This document shows positions 55,319 through 56,208 of a stretch of 56,208 nucleotides of DNA, one piece after another (position 1 is the stretch's first letter; every line of letters begins with the position of its first letter). The DNA comes from a virus (Duplodnaviria; Caudoviricetes), in IMG/VR virus record IMGVR_UViG_3300043149_000013, positions 1-56,208 of that record; one strand, written 5' to 3'. The notes beneath the pieces are model-generated. The model was not told where the DNA came from, ran no database searches, and worked only from the letters and a program-made list of their open reading frames with translations. A program made the position numbers and the translations under genes.

Positions 55319-56208
55319 GTGCGGCTGATCGAAGCGCCCTACCAGACCCCGGAAGGGTACGTTGATTTCCCTTTCGCCTACGTCTACAACACCAGCGCCT
55401 TTGCAGATGGGCAGGCACAAGTCCTGAACATCTCGCAGCAGTTGCAGGGAGACTCGGATTTCATCCTGCGCGCGATTCGCGGGGTCCGCACCACAGTGGA
55501 CACTGCCGCGAACGGCGGGCGATTCAACTACAAGAACGCCTCCAGTTCGTACGCCTTCGGCAATCCATCGGCGGGAATCGTGGTTCCCAACAACTGGGTA
55601 GTGCTTCCCGAGAAAACGTACAAGATCAACACGCAGATCAACTTCGATCTGTACAAGACTCTCCGCGCGTCCACGGTGTGCGCCGAAGGCACCATCTACA
55701 AGTCCTCGATTGCCTTCATGGGCGTGAAACGCTTCCCGTTCGCCTCCTCCGGGTACCGATCGCAGAAGACCCCGTACGCCTACCGCGAGTTCCCACAGAC
55801 CTACGTATATTCGCTGACCATCACGCAACCCAGCCTCGCGGCCAACGGCGTGGCCAACGCCCCGCTCCGCTACACGCAGGTGATGGACAATTACGACTTC
55901 GAGTTGTGCCGCATTACGGTGTCCCTCGCGAACGCCACAGGCGCCCTGACTACCAACGACTTTGCGATGACGCTCTACGATGCGAACATGCACCAGACGA
56001 GCTCGGCCCCACTAATGCAGACCTACTTCAACGCGGGCAAGCCAACAGCCTCGACGCTGGCCACACACCGCGCCGTGTTTCCGGTGCCTTCCTTGGTCTA
56101 CCCGGCCGGCGCGGCCATCACCTTCGACATCACGAGCCTGCTATGCAGCGCTTCGGTGCCGCAAACCTACAATATCGACTTTGAGGGAATCTGGAGGTTG
56201 CCATGCAG
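55319..56208 (+). CDS. Two-domain capsid-like protein, 303 aa, continuing across the junction to 149 (missing from the ORF track)
   Basis: Translated by hand from GTG 55319 with no stop; domain 1 ends AFMGVKRF and domain 2 ends DFEGIWRL. Confidence 0.85.
   Translation, partial: MRLIEAPYQTPEGYVDFPFAYVYNTSAFADGQAQVLNISQQLQGDSDFILRAIRGVRTTVDTAANGGRFNYKNASSSYAFGNPSAGIVVPNNWVVLPEKTYKINTQINFDLYKTLRASTVCAEGTIYKSSIAFMGVKRFPFASSGYRSQKTPYAYREFPQTYVYSLTITQPSLAANGVANAPLRYTQVMDNYDFELCRITVSLANATGALTTNDFAMTLYDANMHQTSSAPLMQTYFNAGKPTASTLATHRAVFPVPSLVYPAGAAITFDITSLLCSASVPQTYNIDFEGIWRLPC
56082..56208. repeat. Terminal direct repeat, copy 2
   Basis: Identical to 1-127. Confidence 0.97.

Overview
The window is one complete circular replicon of 56,081 bp: bases 1-127 are identical to 56082-56208, the usual assembly overlap. 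It reads as a bacterial dsDNA virus genome. It has a long rightward virion operon (about 43.4 kb across the junction to 8.4 kb), lysis genes, DNA-modification and glycosyltransferase genes, a tyrosine recombinase, divergent early operons around 24.6-24.75 kb, and a replication module (initiator, six 20-bp iterons, SNF2-like helicase, methylase). I see no terminase, portal, HK97 capsid, tape-measure or tail-tube gene, and no FtsK/A32-type packaging ATPase. The virion operon instead holds a Cys-His-Asp transglutaminase-like protease, about a dozen small membrane proteins (many with a G[LM]G motif), a very basic 'NP'-repeat core protein, and several beta-rich, probably single-jelly-roll proteins. 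One of these has a tandem two-domain structure and one is fused to an Ig domain; two further copies carry twin-arginine-like leaders. My best interpretation, which is inference without database searches, is a tailless, internal-membrane, jelly-roll virus, possibly of Acidobacteriota. Family and fold assignments come from motif recognition by eye and need HMM or structure confirmation.
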